Part shown: positions 42,869 through 53,331 of the stretch, in pieces | Layout of the letters: the number at the start of each line of letters is the position of its first letter | Numbering within the stretch: position 1 is the first letter of the stretch | Source: an uncultured Gemmatimonadales bacterium | GTDB taxonomy: Bacteria > Gemmatimonadota > Gemmatimonadetes > Longimicrobiales > RSA9 | DNA: 64,000 nucleotides | Direction: 5' to 3' | Assembly: GCA_963798085.1 (NCBI GenBank) | Contig: CAWCRS010000007.1 | Location: 1,440,001-1,504,000, forward strand | Translations under genes and position numbers: made by a program | The notes under the pieces: generated by a model | What the model was told of the DNA's origin: nothing | The model's database searches: none | Seen by the model: the letters and a program-made list of their open reading frames with translations, nothing else

Positions 42869-43185
42869 GCGAGCCCGTTCGTCGCACGGTCGTCACCGTA
42901 CAAATCGCCGGAGAAGACTACACGATCCGCACGGACGAAAGCGACGAGTACACACGCGACTGTGCTCGCTTCGTGGATCGCACGGTGCGCGACATTATCG
43001 AGGGCGCGACCTCGCTGCCGCCGCACAAGGCTTCCGTCCTCGCCGCGATGGCCATCACGGACCAGCTGTTCAAGGCGCAGCGCGAGGCGGAAACCGCGCG
43101 CGCCGCGGCGGCGGGCCGGGCAAGGGCGTTGACGGCCGAGATCGCGCGACACCTCGAGCCGGGCAGCCTTGCGACCGCTTCCTGA
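42865..43185 (+). CDS. zapA: Cell division protein ZapA
   Basis: VTVQIAGEDYTIR, VLAAMAITDQLF; pheT-zapA-rny synteny. Confidence 0.88.
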   Translation: MSEPVRRTVVTVQIAGEDYTIRTDESDEYTRDCARFVDRTVRDIIEGATSLPPHKASVLAAMAITDQLFKAQREAETARAAAAGRARALTAEIARHLEPGSLATAS

Positions 43186-43310
43186 GCCGCCCTACCTTGC
43201 CGCTGCGGCGCTCCCTTCCGCGAGCGCGGCCAATTGTAGTGCGGGGGCCGTATTGATGATGGCCGGACGTCGCCTTCCCGAGGCGCCCCGGGCGCCTTTC
43301 TGGAGAGATC

Positions 43311-44876
43311 ATGAACGCACCGATGCTGATCGGCGTGTGGGCCGTCGGCGCGGGTCTGCTTGGCATATTGCTGGGCTGGAGGCTGGAACGGCTCCTGCTC
43401 AAGCGCGTGCAGGCGGACGCGGAGTCCGTCGCTCAACGCATTCGACAGAACGCTGAAGCAGATGCCGATCGGCTGCGTCTCGCAGCCGAACTGTCCGGCA
43501 AGGAAGAAGCACTCCGCTCCCGCGAGGAATGGGAGCACGAAGAAACCCGGCGTCGCGAAGAAGTCGACCGCGCCGAAGCCAGGCTGGACGAGCGACGCAC
43601 GTCGCTCGATCGCAAGTTCGATATCCTCGACGAAAAAGAGCGGTCTCTCGAGCAGCACGAATCCGCGCTCAATGCGCGGCAGGATGAACTCGAGAAACAG
43701 GCGACGGAGAATCGTCGCCTGACCAGCGAAATTCGCCTGCGTCTGGAAGCCCTCGCCGGGATGACGTCCGAGGAAGCGCGCAAGCGGCTGCTGCAGGAAC
43801 TCGAGGAAGAAGCGCGCGCGCGCGCCGCCAACATGATCCGCGAGATCAAGGAAAACGCCAAGCGCGAGGCCGACCGCGAGGCGCGCAACATTCTCTCCCT
43901 CGCCATTCAGCGCATTGCCGCGGATCACACGGCGGAGAGCACCGTGTCCGTGGTGAGTCTGCCATCGGACGAGATGAAGGGCCGCATCATCGGGCGGGAG
44001 GGCCGCAACATCCGCGCGTTCGAGCAGGCCACCGGCATCGACGTCATCATCGACGACACACCCGAAGCCGTGATCCTTTCCGGCTTCGATCCGATCCGCC
44101 GCGAGATCGCGCGACTGTCGCTGGAAAAACTGGTTGCCGACGGTCGCATCCATCCGGGTCGCATCGAGGAAGTCGTCGACAAGAGCCGCAAGGAAGTCGA
44201 CGAATCAATGCTGCGCTCGGCTGAAGAAGTGTGTTATCAGATGGGCGTACACGGCGTGCACCCGGAGATCATGAAGGTGCTGGGCCGCCTCAAGTTCCGC
44301 ACGTCGTACGGGCAGAACCAGCTGCTGCACGCCAAGGAAGTGGCCATGCTGGCCGGCAACATGGCGGCCGAGATGGGGCTGAACGCCACCATCGCGAAGC
44401 GGGCCGGGCTGCTGCACGATGTGGGCAAGGGCCTGACGCACGAGCACGAAGGCACGCACGTCGAGCTGGGCTGGTCTCTCTGCAAGCGCTACAACGAGCC
44501 GGACCAGGTGCTCAACGCCATCAAGGCGCACCACGACGAGGAGCCGCACCGCTACGCGGAAACGTTCCTCGTGACCGCAGCCAATGCGGTGAGCGGTGCG
44601 CGGCCGGGTGCTCGTCGCGAGATGTTCGAAACCTACGTGAAGCGGCTGGAGAAGCTCGAGGAGATCGCCAACGGTTTCGATGGCGTGGAGCGCTGCTTCG
44701 CCATTCAGGCGGGCCGGGAAGTGCGCGTCATGGTGAATCCCGAAAACGTCGACGACGTGCGCATGACCGAGTTGAGCGACCAGATCGCGCGCCGCCTCGA
44801 GGAGGAGCTGCAATACCCGGGTCAGATCAAGGTGGTCGTGATCCGGGAAACGCGTGCGGTGGACTTCGCGCGTTGA
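43311..44876 (+). CDS. rny: Ribonuclease Y
   Basis: TM anchor, coiled coil, KH domain [17 protein letters not shown] domain [15 protein letters not shown]. Confidence 0.97.
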   Translation: MNAPMLIGVWAVGAGLLGILLGWRLERLLLKRVQADAESVAQRIRQNAEADADRLRLAAELSGKEEALRSREEWEHEETRRREEVDRAEARLDERRTSLDRKFDILDEKERSLEQHESALNARQDELEKQATENRRLTSEIRLRLEALAGMTSEEARKRLLQELEEEARARAANMIREIKENAKREADREARNILSLAIQRIAADHTAESTVSVVSLPSDEMKGRIIGREGRNIRAFEQATGIDVIIDDTPEAVILSGFDPIRREIARLSLEKLVADGRIHPGRIEEVVDKSRKEVDESMLRSAEEVCYQMGVHGVHPEIMKVLGRLKFRTSYGQNQLLHAKEVAMLAGNMAAEMGLNATIAKRAGLLHDVGKGLTHEHEGTHVELGWSLCKRYNEPDQVLNAIKAHHDEEPHRYAETFLVTAANAVSGARPGARREMFETYVKRLEKLEEIANGFDGVERCFAIQAGREVRVMVNPENVDDVRMTELSDQIARRLEEELQYPGQIKVVVIRETRAVDFAR

Positions 44877-44976
44877 GCCACGGCGCACGGCGGCCGTCGG
44901 GCAGGTTGCGCTATGACAGTTCTGTTGCCGGCGCGCGTCGTCGCCTGCGAACCAAGATGCGTCAGCGATTCGGAGC

Positions 44977-45900
44977 ATGGCGAAAGTAATCAGCGGCCAC
45001 GAGATCAGTGAGGTGATGCGCGCGGAGATCGCCGACGAGGCGACCGCCTTCCGTGCGGGCACCGGTCAGCTGCCCTGCCTTGCGGTCGTGCTGGTGGGCG
45101 AAGATCCGGCGAGTCAGGTGTACGTGCGCATGAAGGGCAAGGCGGCCGAGAAGGCAGGCTTCGCCTCGCGCACCATGGTGCTGCTGGCGAACACTTCGGA
45201 GGATGAGCTGCTGGGCGTGGTCGCCGGGCTCAACGCGGACCCTGATGTGCATGGCATCCTCGTGCAGCTCCCGGTGCCGAAGCACATCGATACCCAGAAG
45301 GTGCTGCGCAGCATTGACCCGGCCAAGGACGTGGACGGCTTCCATCCGCTCAACGCCGGTGCCCTGGCCAGTGGCGACCTCAACGTGCTCGCGCCCTGCA
45401 CGCCCGCCGGCATCATCGAAATGCTGATGCGTTCCGGCTACGATCCGCGCGGTCAGCACGTCGTGATAACAGGGCGTTCGACCATTGTCGGCCGGCCCGT
45501 CGCCATGCTGCTGCTGCGCGATGCACCGGGCGGCAACGCCACGGTGACCGTGGCGCACTCGCGCTCGCGTGACCTGGGCGCCATCACGCGGCAGGCGGAC
45601 ATCCTCATCGCGGCCGTGGGCAAGCCCGAGCTGATCCGGCGCGACATGGTCAAGCCGGGCGTGGTGGTGATCGACGTGGGCGTGAACCGCGTGGACGATG
45701 CGTCGTCGCCCAGAGGCTATCGCCTGGTGGGTGATGTCGCGTACGACGAAGTGGCGGAGGTAGCCGAGGCCATATCGCCCGTGCCCGGTGGCGTGGGTCC
45801 CATGACCATCACCATGCTGCTCCGCAACACGCTCGAGGCGGCGCGCCGGCTGCACGCGAGTGGCGCGCTCGCCGATCCTGCCACGGCGGGAGGTGGATGA
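44977..45900 (+). CDS. folD: Methylenetetrahydrofolate dehydrogenase/cyclohydrolase
   Basis: GILVQLP, KDVDGFHP, PCTPAG, GRSTIVGRP, PVPGGVGPMT. Confidence 0.97.
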   Translation: MAKVISGHEISEVMRAEIADEATAFRAGTGQLPCLAVVLVGEDPASQVYVRMKGKAAEKAGFASRTMVLLANTSEDELLGVVAGLNADPDVHGILVQLPVPKHIDTQKVLRSIDPAKDVDGFHPLNAGALASGDLNVLAPCTPAGIIEMLMRSGYDPRGQHVVITGRSTIVGRPVAMLLLRDAPGGNATVTVAHSRSRDLGAITRQADILIAAVGKPELIRRDMVKPGVVVIDVGVNRVDDASSPRGYRLVGDVAYDEVAEVAEAISPVPGGVGPMTITMLLRNTLEAARRLHASGALADPATAGGG

Positions 45901-47127
45901 GCGACGCCCATGCACCCGGGCCTGCGCGCCGGAGCGGCGGGCCACCGCGCGCGGCCGGCTGGTCGCTGGGCGGCGCACGGCCCGAAGCGTACACGGTCTC
46001 GGCGGTCAACGCGCTGGCAAAGGAACTCCTCGAGAGCAGCATCCCGCCGCTCTGGATCGAAGGCGAAGTAACCGGCTGGAAGCGACACCCCTCCGGACAT
46101 TGCTGGTTCGCGCTGCGCGATCGCAGTGCACAGCTGCGCGCGGTGATCTTCCGCGCCGAATGCGCAGCAGCTGCCTGCCGAACCGGAAGAAGGCATGAAG
46201 GTGCGCGCGCTGGGCCGGCTGACCCTGTACGAGGCGAGAGGCGAGTATCAGTTCGTGGCGCGCACCATCGAGGGCCTGGGCGCCGGCGGACTGTGGCGCA
46301 TCGCCTTCGACCGTCTGCACCGCAAGCTCGATGCTGAGGGACTGTTAGCGCCCGAACGCAAGCGTGCCCTGCCGCCGTTTCCTTCTGTCGTGGGCGTGGT
46401 CACCTCACCCGTGGGCGCGGCACTGCACGACATACTGCGCGTGATCACGCAGCGCGCACCGTGGACGCGCGTGCTGCTCTCACCGGCCCGGGTGCAGGGC
46501 GACGGCGCACCATCGGACATCGCGCGCGCCATTCGGCTTCTCGGCAGGGCCGGACTCGCCGACGTCGTCATTGTCGGGCGGGGCGGCGGCTCGCTCGAAG
46601 ATCTCTGGGCGTTCAATGATGAGGTTGTAGCCCGCTCCATCGTCAACTGCCCCGTGCCGGTGATCAGCGCGGTGGGTCACGAGGTCGATGTCACGATCGC
46701 GGATCTGGTCGCGGACTGGCGCGCGCCCACGCCATCGGCTGCGGCCGAGCGCGCCGTCCCCGATGGCCGTGCCGTGGCGCGTGACCTGGCGCGCCAGGAT
46801 CAGCGGCTGCGCCTCGCGCTGCAGCGCTGGGTGGCGGCCCGCCGCGACTGGCTCGGCGGGATGCGCGAATCCCTGCTCGCCGTTGCGGATGACCTGGTCC
46901 TGCGCCGGCGTGAACGCGCGGGTCACCTGGCCGCCCGGCTGAACGGTGTATCACCGCTGGCCGCGCTCGAGCGCGGCTTCGCCGTGCCGGTCGGGGAAAG
47001 CGGACACGTACTGCGCAGCACAGGCGAATTCGCGGGCGGCCGGCCTTTCCAACTCCGTGTTAAGGATGGCACCGTGCCCTGTCGCGCGGAAACCGTGGAC
47101 GCCGCCGCGCGTAGAGAAGTGCCATGA
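45897..47127 (+). CDS. xseA: Exodeoxyribonuclease VII large subunit, frameshift near 46160
   Basis: LWIEGEV, SGHCWFALRD; then GVVTSP.GAA, RGGGSLEDLWAFNDE, SAVGHE.D, RAPTPS. Confidence 0.93.
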
Positions 47128-47366
47128 GCACGCCCGTGGAAGCGACGACGCTGGAGCAGCGGCTGGCGCGCATCGAGGCCATCGTCTCGCGGCTGGAGAG
47201 CGACCGCCTCGAGCTGGACGATGCGCTGGCACTGTTCGAGGAAGGCGTCACCCACCTGCGCGCGGCCGAACGGATGCTGGCGGAGGCGGAACTGCGTATC
47301 GAGCGGGTGGTGGCGGCGGAGCGCGGCGGCATCCTCGTCGAGCGCATTACGCCGGAGCCCGAGTGA
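47124..47366 (+). CDS. xseB: Exodeoxyribonuclease VII small subunit
   Basis: LEQRLARIEAIVSRLES..LELDDALALFEEG. Confidence 0.93.
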   Translation: MSTPVEATTLEQRLARIEAIVSRLESDRLELDDALALFEEGVTHLRAAERMLAEAELRIERVVAAERGGILVERITPEPE

Positions 47367-48283
47367 TGGCCGTCGCGGCGACGCGCGCATACGCGCAGAG
47401 CGTCATGGCGGAGGAGCGTGTTCGCGTGGAGGAAGCGCTCGCGCGGCTGCTCGCGGCGCGCGTCGACGCGCTGCCAGCCGGGCTGGCCGAGCCCGTGCGT
47501 TACGCGCTGCAGGCAGGCGGCAAGCGGCTGCGCCCCGTGCTCGTGGTCAGCGCGTATCGCGCAATGCGTGAGTGCCAGAGCGCTGCGCTGTATGACGCAG
47601 CCTGCGGCATCGAGGTGCTGCACACCTATTCGCTGCTGCACGACGATCTGCCGTGCATGGACAACAATGACCTGCGCCGCGGCCACGCCACCACGCATCG
47701 CGTATTCGGCGTGCGTCGCGCCACGCTGGCGGGCGCCCTGATGATCCCGCTTGCCTGCGCGGCGCTGGAGCGTGGTGCCGCGGCTCTGGGCCTGGGCGGC
47801 ATCGCGAGGGCGCGCGTGGTGCGTGAACTCACCGGCGCAGCGGGCGCTGCCGGCATGGTCGGCGGGCAGCTGCTGGACCTGGCCGCGGAAGGTGAGGCCG
47901 TGAGCCTGCCGGAGCTCCAGGCGATTCACGCGCGCAAGACGGGTGCGCTGTTCGCCGCCTGCCTGCGCATCGGTGCTCGCCTGGCCGAAGCCGACGAATC
48001 GACCATTGACGCGTTCGGTCGCTGCGGCCGCTCGCTGGGCCTGGCGTTTCAGGTAATGGACGACGTGCTCGATGTTACGGGAGACGCCCACGCGCTGGGC
48101 AAGACGGCGGGACGGGACCGCGAAAACGGCAAGGCGACCTACCCGTCCCTCATGGGTGTGGCGGCGGCCAGGGCGGAAGCCGCGCGCGCTGCGCGCGAGA
48201 GCGTGGCCGCGCTGCACGGCGCCGGCATTCACGCCGTGGCACTGGAAAGCCTGGTCGAGTTCGTCGTGGATCGCGACCGCTGA
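47366..48283 (+). CDS. ispA: Polyprenyl (farnesyl) diphosphate synthase
   Basis: GGKRLRP, HTYSLLHDDLPCMD, GMVGGQ, KTGALF, LAFQVMDD. Confidence 0.93.
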   Translation: MAVAATRAYAQSVMAEERVRVEEALARLLAARVDALPAGLAEPVRYALQAGGKRLRPVLVVSAYRAMRECQSAALYDAACGIEVLHTYSLLHDDLPCMDNNDLRRGHATTHRVFGVRRATLAGALMIPLACAALERGAAALGLGGIARARVVRELTGAAGAAGMVGGQLLDLAAEGEAVSLPELQAIHARKTGALFAACLRIGARLAEADESTIDAFGRCGRSLGLAFQVMDDVLDVTGDAHALGKTAGRDRENGKATYPSLMGVAAARAEAARAARESVAALHGAGIHAVALESLVEFVVDRDR

Positions 48284-48322
48284 TAATCCGATGTTATACC
48301 TGCGCGTTCACAGGAGGCGCTC

Positions 48323-50234
48323 GTGGCGCTGCTCGAATGCGATAGAGAGCCCGGAAGATGTGCGGCGGCTGCGGCCGGACCAGCTGCCGCAGCTGGCGGC
48401 GGAGGTGCGGGAGCGCATCATCGACGTCATCAGCCACCTGGGCGGTCATTTCGCGCCCGGCCTGGGCGTGGTCGAGCTGACGGTGGCGCTGCACTACGTG
48501 TTCGACACGCCGCGCGACCGGCTCATCTGGGACGTGGGGCACCAGGGCTATCCGCACAAGATCCTCACGGGCCGCAACCGCGGCTTCGAGCGCATTCGCC
48601 AGCGCGGCGGTCCCTCGGGGTTTCTCAGCCGCGGCGAGTCGGAATACGACGTGTTCGGCGCGGGCCACGCGGCCACGTCCATCTCCGCCGCGCTGGGCAT
48701 CGCCGCGGCGCGAGACCTGAAGCACGAGGACTTCGGCGTGGTCGCTGTCATCGGCAATGGTGCGCTCACCAGCGGCATTGCCTACGAAGCGCTCAACAAT
48801 GCGGGCCACACGAATCACGCACTGACGGTGATCCTGAATGACAACGAGATGTCGATCTCGCGTAATGTCGGCGCCATGCACAAGTATCTCACGGCCCTGG
48901 TCACCAACCCGATCTACAACCGGGTGCGCAACGAGATCAAGAATCTGATCCACCGCACCAACAGCTCGATGGTCGAGTCCATGTTGTTGAAGCTGGAGGA
49001 GAGCGCCAAGGGCTTCCTCACGCCCGGCACGCTGTTCGAGGAGCTGGGCTTCCGCTACGTCGGTCCCATCGATGGCCATGATCTCGACGCGCTGGTGCAT
49101 ACGCTGCGCAGCGTGCGCACCTGGAAGACGCCCACGCTGGTGCACGTGCTGACACGAAAGGGCAAGGGCTTTCCGCTGGCGGAGGAGAATCCCGTCGTGT
49201 GGCACGGCGCCACGCCCTTCGACAAGATCAGCGGCGAGATGGCCAAGAAGAAGGGTGGACCGCCGGCCTATACCAACGTGTTTGGCAAGGCGCTGGTGGA
49301 GCTGGGCGCGCAGCATCCGGGAATGGTCGTGATCACGGCGGCAATGCCGTCCGGCACCGGCACCGTTCCCTTTGCTGATGCGTATCCGGATCGCTACTTC
49401 GACGTGGGCATCGCCGAGGGACACGGCGTGACGTTCGCAGCCGGACTTGCGACGGAAGGCATGCGACCCGTCGTCGCCATCTATTCGACGTTCCTGCAGC
49501 GCGCCTACGATTCGATCGTGCACGATGTGATGATCCAGAAGCTGCCCGTGGTGTTCGCCATGGACCGCGCCGGATTGGTGGGCAATGATGGGCCCACGCA
49601 CATGGGACTCTATGACATTGCGTATCTGATGGCGCTGCCCGGGTTCACGGTCACTGCGCCGCGCGATGGCGCCGAGCTGGCGGCGCTTCTTCGCCTGGGT
49701 ATCGAGCAGGATCACGGCCCCTTCGCGCTGCGCTATCCGCGCGACAACGCGCCCGCCGCCGTGCCGCCGGTGGACGAGATTCCGCGCATCGAGTACGGCA
49801 CGTGGGAGGTGCTGCGGCCGGGTGAAGGCGTGGCCATCCTGGCGGTCGGCACCATGGTGCTGCCCGCGCTGGAAGCCGCGCGCCAGCTGGAAGCGGAGGG
49901 CCTGGGCGTGAGTGTCGTGAACTGCCGCTTCCTCAAGCCTGTCGACGAGCGCACGCTGGCGTGGGTCCTCGCGCACCATGGCGCGGTGCTCACCGTGGAG
50001 GAGGGCACCGAGGTCAACGGCTTCGGCGCGGCCATGGCGGCGCGCTGCGAACACGCGCGTTCGCATGGTCACGGCCCGCTCGTCGACGTGATGGGTGTGC
50101 CGGACCGCATCATCGAGCACGCCAGCCGCGATGAGCAGCTGAAGGAAGTCGGTCTCACGGCGGCTGACATTGCGCAGCGGGCGCGCACGCTGGCAGGGGC
50201 GGTGCGCATGCCGGCTGTGCGCGAGACCGCCTGA
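48323..50234 (+). CDS. dxs: 1-deoxy-D-xylulose-5-phosphate synthase, frameshift near 48336
   Basis: AGGAGG SD then GTG; GGHFAPGLG, WDVGHQ, NDNEMSI, DVGIAE, IYSTFLQRAYD, DGPTH. Confidence 0.96.
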
Positions 50235-51126
50235 TGACCATGCCGTTCACCCGCCCGCCGCAGGGCCAGACCCGCTTCACCCGCATCGGCGTGTACGCAC
50301 AGCCCGGCTATCCCGAGCTGGACGACGTGCTCTCCCGGCTGCGTGCCCTCACCGACAGGCACGGCGCGCTGCTGCGCACCGGTAACGGCCAGTTAATGGC
50401 CGTGATTTCGCGCCCAATGACATCGACCTGCTGGTCACACTGGGCGGCGACGGCACCCTGCTGCAGGGGGCCCGCCTGGTGGCGCCCTTCCACACGCCCG
50501 TGCTGGGTGTGAACCTCGGACACCTGGGCTTCCTCACGGCCATCGCGCCCGATGAGCTGGAGCCGCACATCGAGCGCCTGTTTGCCGGCGACTACTGGCT
50601 GGATGTGCGTCTCACACTCGAAACGCGGGTGGTGCGCGCCAACGGCGATGTCAGCGCGCACGTGACGCTCAATGACGCCGTCCTGCACAAGGGCGGCCTC
50701 GCCCGGATCGTGCGCCTGGCCGTACAGGTCGGGCCCGACGACCAGGTGATCGCCACCTATTCCGCAGACGGCATCATCCTGGCCACGCCCACCGGCTCGA
50801 CCGCCTACTCGCTGGCCGCCAACGGACCCGTCGTCGACCCATCCGTCGAGTGCATCCTGGCCACGCCCATCTGCCCGCACATGCTCGTCATCCGGCCGCT
50901 CGTGCTGCCCGCCAACGCGGTCGTGACCGTGCGCTCGCTCTCGCGCACGGCCGAGCTGATCCTGACGGTGGATGGCCGCGACGGTGAACGTCTCGGGCCC
51001 GAGGACCGCCTGGTGATAAGCCGTGGTGAGCCTACCGTGCCGCTGGTGCGCTTCCCCGGGCAGAGCTTCTTCTCGACGCTGCGGCGCAAGCTGAACTGGA
51101 GCCTCGAGTCGGACGAGCGGCGCTGA
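50234..51126 (+). CDS. nadK: NAD kinase, frameshift near 50394
   Basis: LVTLGGDGTLL, GVNLGHLGFL, LND, DGIILATPTGSTAYSL. Confidence 0.93.
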
Positions 51127-51271
51127 CGCGTCGGCTGCCGGTACGCGCTCGCAGCCCAATGACGCCCGGTCCATGCAAAGGGTTTCAGGCGACAATGCCG
51201 CCTCGGGTCTGCGTCGCGCTGCGCCCAACACGCTATTGGAACGCACCGCCCATCCTGCCCTAGATTGCCGC

Positions 51272-52930
51272 ATGCTCATCGAGCTGCGCATCGAGAACTT
51301 CGCCGTCATCGAGAAGCTGGCACTGCGGCTGCAACCCGGGCTCACCGTGCTCACGGGCGAGACGGGCGCGGGCAAGTCCATCATCGTCGGTGCCCTGTCA
51401 CTGCTGCTGGGCGAGCGCGCATCAGCCGACGCCGTGCGCGCGGGTGCGAGTCGCTGCGTTGTCGAGGGCGTTTTCGATGTGCAGGCGGTGCCGGCCGTGC
51501 GCGATCTGCTCGATGCGCGCGGCATCGATGCGGAAGACGGCCTGGTGATCCTGCGGCGGGAAGTGGCTGCGGAAGGACGCTCCCGCGCCTGGATTAACGG
51601 CTCCGCGAGCACTGCATCGCTGACGGGCGAGATCGGCCGGCAGCTCGTCGACCTGCACGGCCAGCACGAGCACCAGTCGCTGCTGCAGCCTGCAGAGCAG
51701 GGTGCCATGCTGGACGCGTTCGCCGGCGAGATCGCGCTCGCGCTGGAGATCGCGCAGGCATACAGCGCGGCCCGTACGTTGCGCGAGCGGCTGGATTCTC
51801 TCGATGCGAAGCGGCGCGAAGTCGCACAACGCGCCGACCTGCTGCGCCACCAGGCCGGGGAGATCGAGCGCGCACAGCTGCGCCCCGGCGAGGAGGCGGA
51901 GCTGGAAGCCGAGGCCCATCGTCTGACGCACGCCGAGGAACTGGCCGGCCTGGCGCGCACGCTGCATCAGGCACTCTACGCCGCCGATGACGCGCTCAGC
52001 GGCCGCCTGGACGAGATCCGGCGCACGCTGGCACAGCTCGTACGCCTGGATGACGCGCTCGCGGAATGGTCGAAGCAGCTCGAAGACGCCTACTACGTCG
52101 TCGAGGAGCTGGGCCGCCAGATGGGCGAGTACGCTGCGCGGATCGAGGACGATCCCGGTCGCCTGGAAGCGATCCGCCGCCGCCAGGACCTGCTGTTCCG
52201 ACTCAAGGCGAGGTACGGCCCTGCCATTGAAGATGTGATCGCTGCCGGCGAGCGCGCGCAACGGGAATTGGCGCTGCTCGATGACGCCGCGCACGAACGC
52301 CGTGTTATGGAACAGGATCTGGCCCGCGTCGATGCACAACACCGCAAGCTGTGCGATCGGCTCTCCGGCAAACGCCGCAGTGCGGCGCGCCGACTGGACT
52401 CGGCCTTGTGCGCCCTGCTGCCCGAGCTGGGCATGCCCGATGCCCGCTTCCAGACTCTGCTCGTTCCGCTGGGTGAACCCGGCGCGCACGGCGGGGAAGG
52501 CGTCGAGTTCCGTGTGTCCGTGAACGCCGGGTTCGATCCCGCGCCGCTCGGGCGCGTCGCATCCGGTGGCGAGCTATCACGCATCATGCTCGCGCTCAAG
52601 GCGAGCCTCGCCCGCCAGGACCGCGTGCCGACACTCGTCTTCGATGAGATCGATGCCGGCATTGGCGGTCACGCCGCGCAGCGCGTGGCCGACTGCCTGC
52701 GCGCCGTGGCCGGCGAGCACCAGGTCTTCGTCGTCACACACCTCGCCCGCATTGCCGCCGCCGCCGACCACCACTTCCTGGTGGAAAAATCCGAACGCAC
52801 CGGCCGGGCCGCCACCGACGTACAGGAGCTGCGCGATGAAGCCCGCATCCGCGAAGTCTCCCGCATGCTGGGCGGCGACCCCGAGAGCCGGATCAGCCAG
52901 GCCCATGCGCGGGAACTGCTGGAGAGCTGA
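51272..52930 (+). CDS. recN: DNA repair protein RecN
   Basis: LTGETGAGKS, LHGQHEHQ, ASGGELSR, FDEIDAG, VTH. Confidence 0.97.
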   Translation: MLIELRIENFAVIEKLALRLQPGLTVLTGETGAGKSIIVGALSLLLGERASADAVRAGASRCVVEGVFDVQAVPAVRDLLDARGIDAEDGLVILRREVAAEGRSRAWINGSASTASLTGEIGRQLVDLHGQHEHQSLLQPAEQGAMLDAFAGEIALALEIAQAYSAARTLRERLDSLDAKRREVAQRADLLRHQAGEIERAQLRPGEEAELEAEAHRLTHAEELAGLARTLHQALYAADDALSGRLDEIRRTLAQLVRLDDALAEWSKQLEDAYYVVEELGRQMGEYAARIEDDPGRLEAIRRRQDLLFRLKARYGPAIEDVIAAGERAQRELALLDDAAHERRVMEQDLARVDAQHRKLCDRLSGKRRSAARRLDSALCALLPELGMPDARFQTLLVPLGEPGAHGGEGVEFRVSVNAGFDPAPLGRVASGGELSRIMLALKASLARQDRVPTLVFDEIDAGIGGHAAQRVADCLRAVAGEHQVFVVTHLARIAAAADHHFLVEKSERTGRAATDVQELRDEARIREVSRMLGGDPESRISQAHARELLES

Positions 52931-53322
52931 ACAGCGTTGCTGGGGCCCGGGCTGGGGCTGGGTAACGGATTACGGATTGAACGTCGTTGCTCGCGCAGGT
53001 GCCCGGACTGGTTGCCGGGAACAGAAAACGGATGGCGAGGACGTCGCTTCGTGTCGTGCACCGGGGCCGATGAACAGACTCGGTCACCAACTACTAACAT
53101 TGTGTCAGAATGCCGCGGGCCGTGTCACGCACCCGCGGCGTCGCCGCGCGCCGCACACGCGCAGCGGCTCCGTTCCCTCCCGCCGAGCGCATCCCCGGAA
53201 GAACGCCGTCAAGAAGTCCTTGTCGTTCCCAGCCCCGGCCCGAGCCCCAGCAACGCCGTCAGAAAGTCGTCGTCATTCCCGAGCTACCCGCCCCGGCAAC
53301 CCGCCCCAGCAACGCAGTTCGA
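52929..53322. repeat. Second composite inverted repeat array of the same family
   Basis: ~40-bp IR (52929-52968 vs 53223-53261) plus further units; GTTCCCGGCAACCAGTCCGGGCA and GAACGTCGTTGCTCG are shared with the 33.8-34.3 kb locus. Confidence 0.7.
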
Positions 53323-53331
53323 GACTCCTGC

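Noticed and set aside
43186..43310. 6S RNA between zapA and rny
   Set aside because: Only 125 bp and no rod-with-bubble structure evident.
37852..51126. True pseudogenisation or programmed frameshifting of infC, xseA, dxs and nadK
   Set aside because: Several are essential, are otherwise intact, lack slippery sequences, and break at a shared motif; sequencing or consensus error is more parsimonious.
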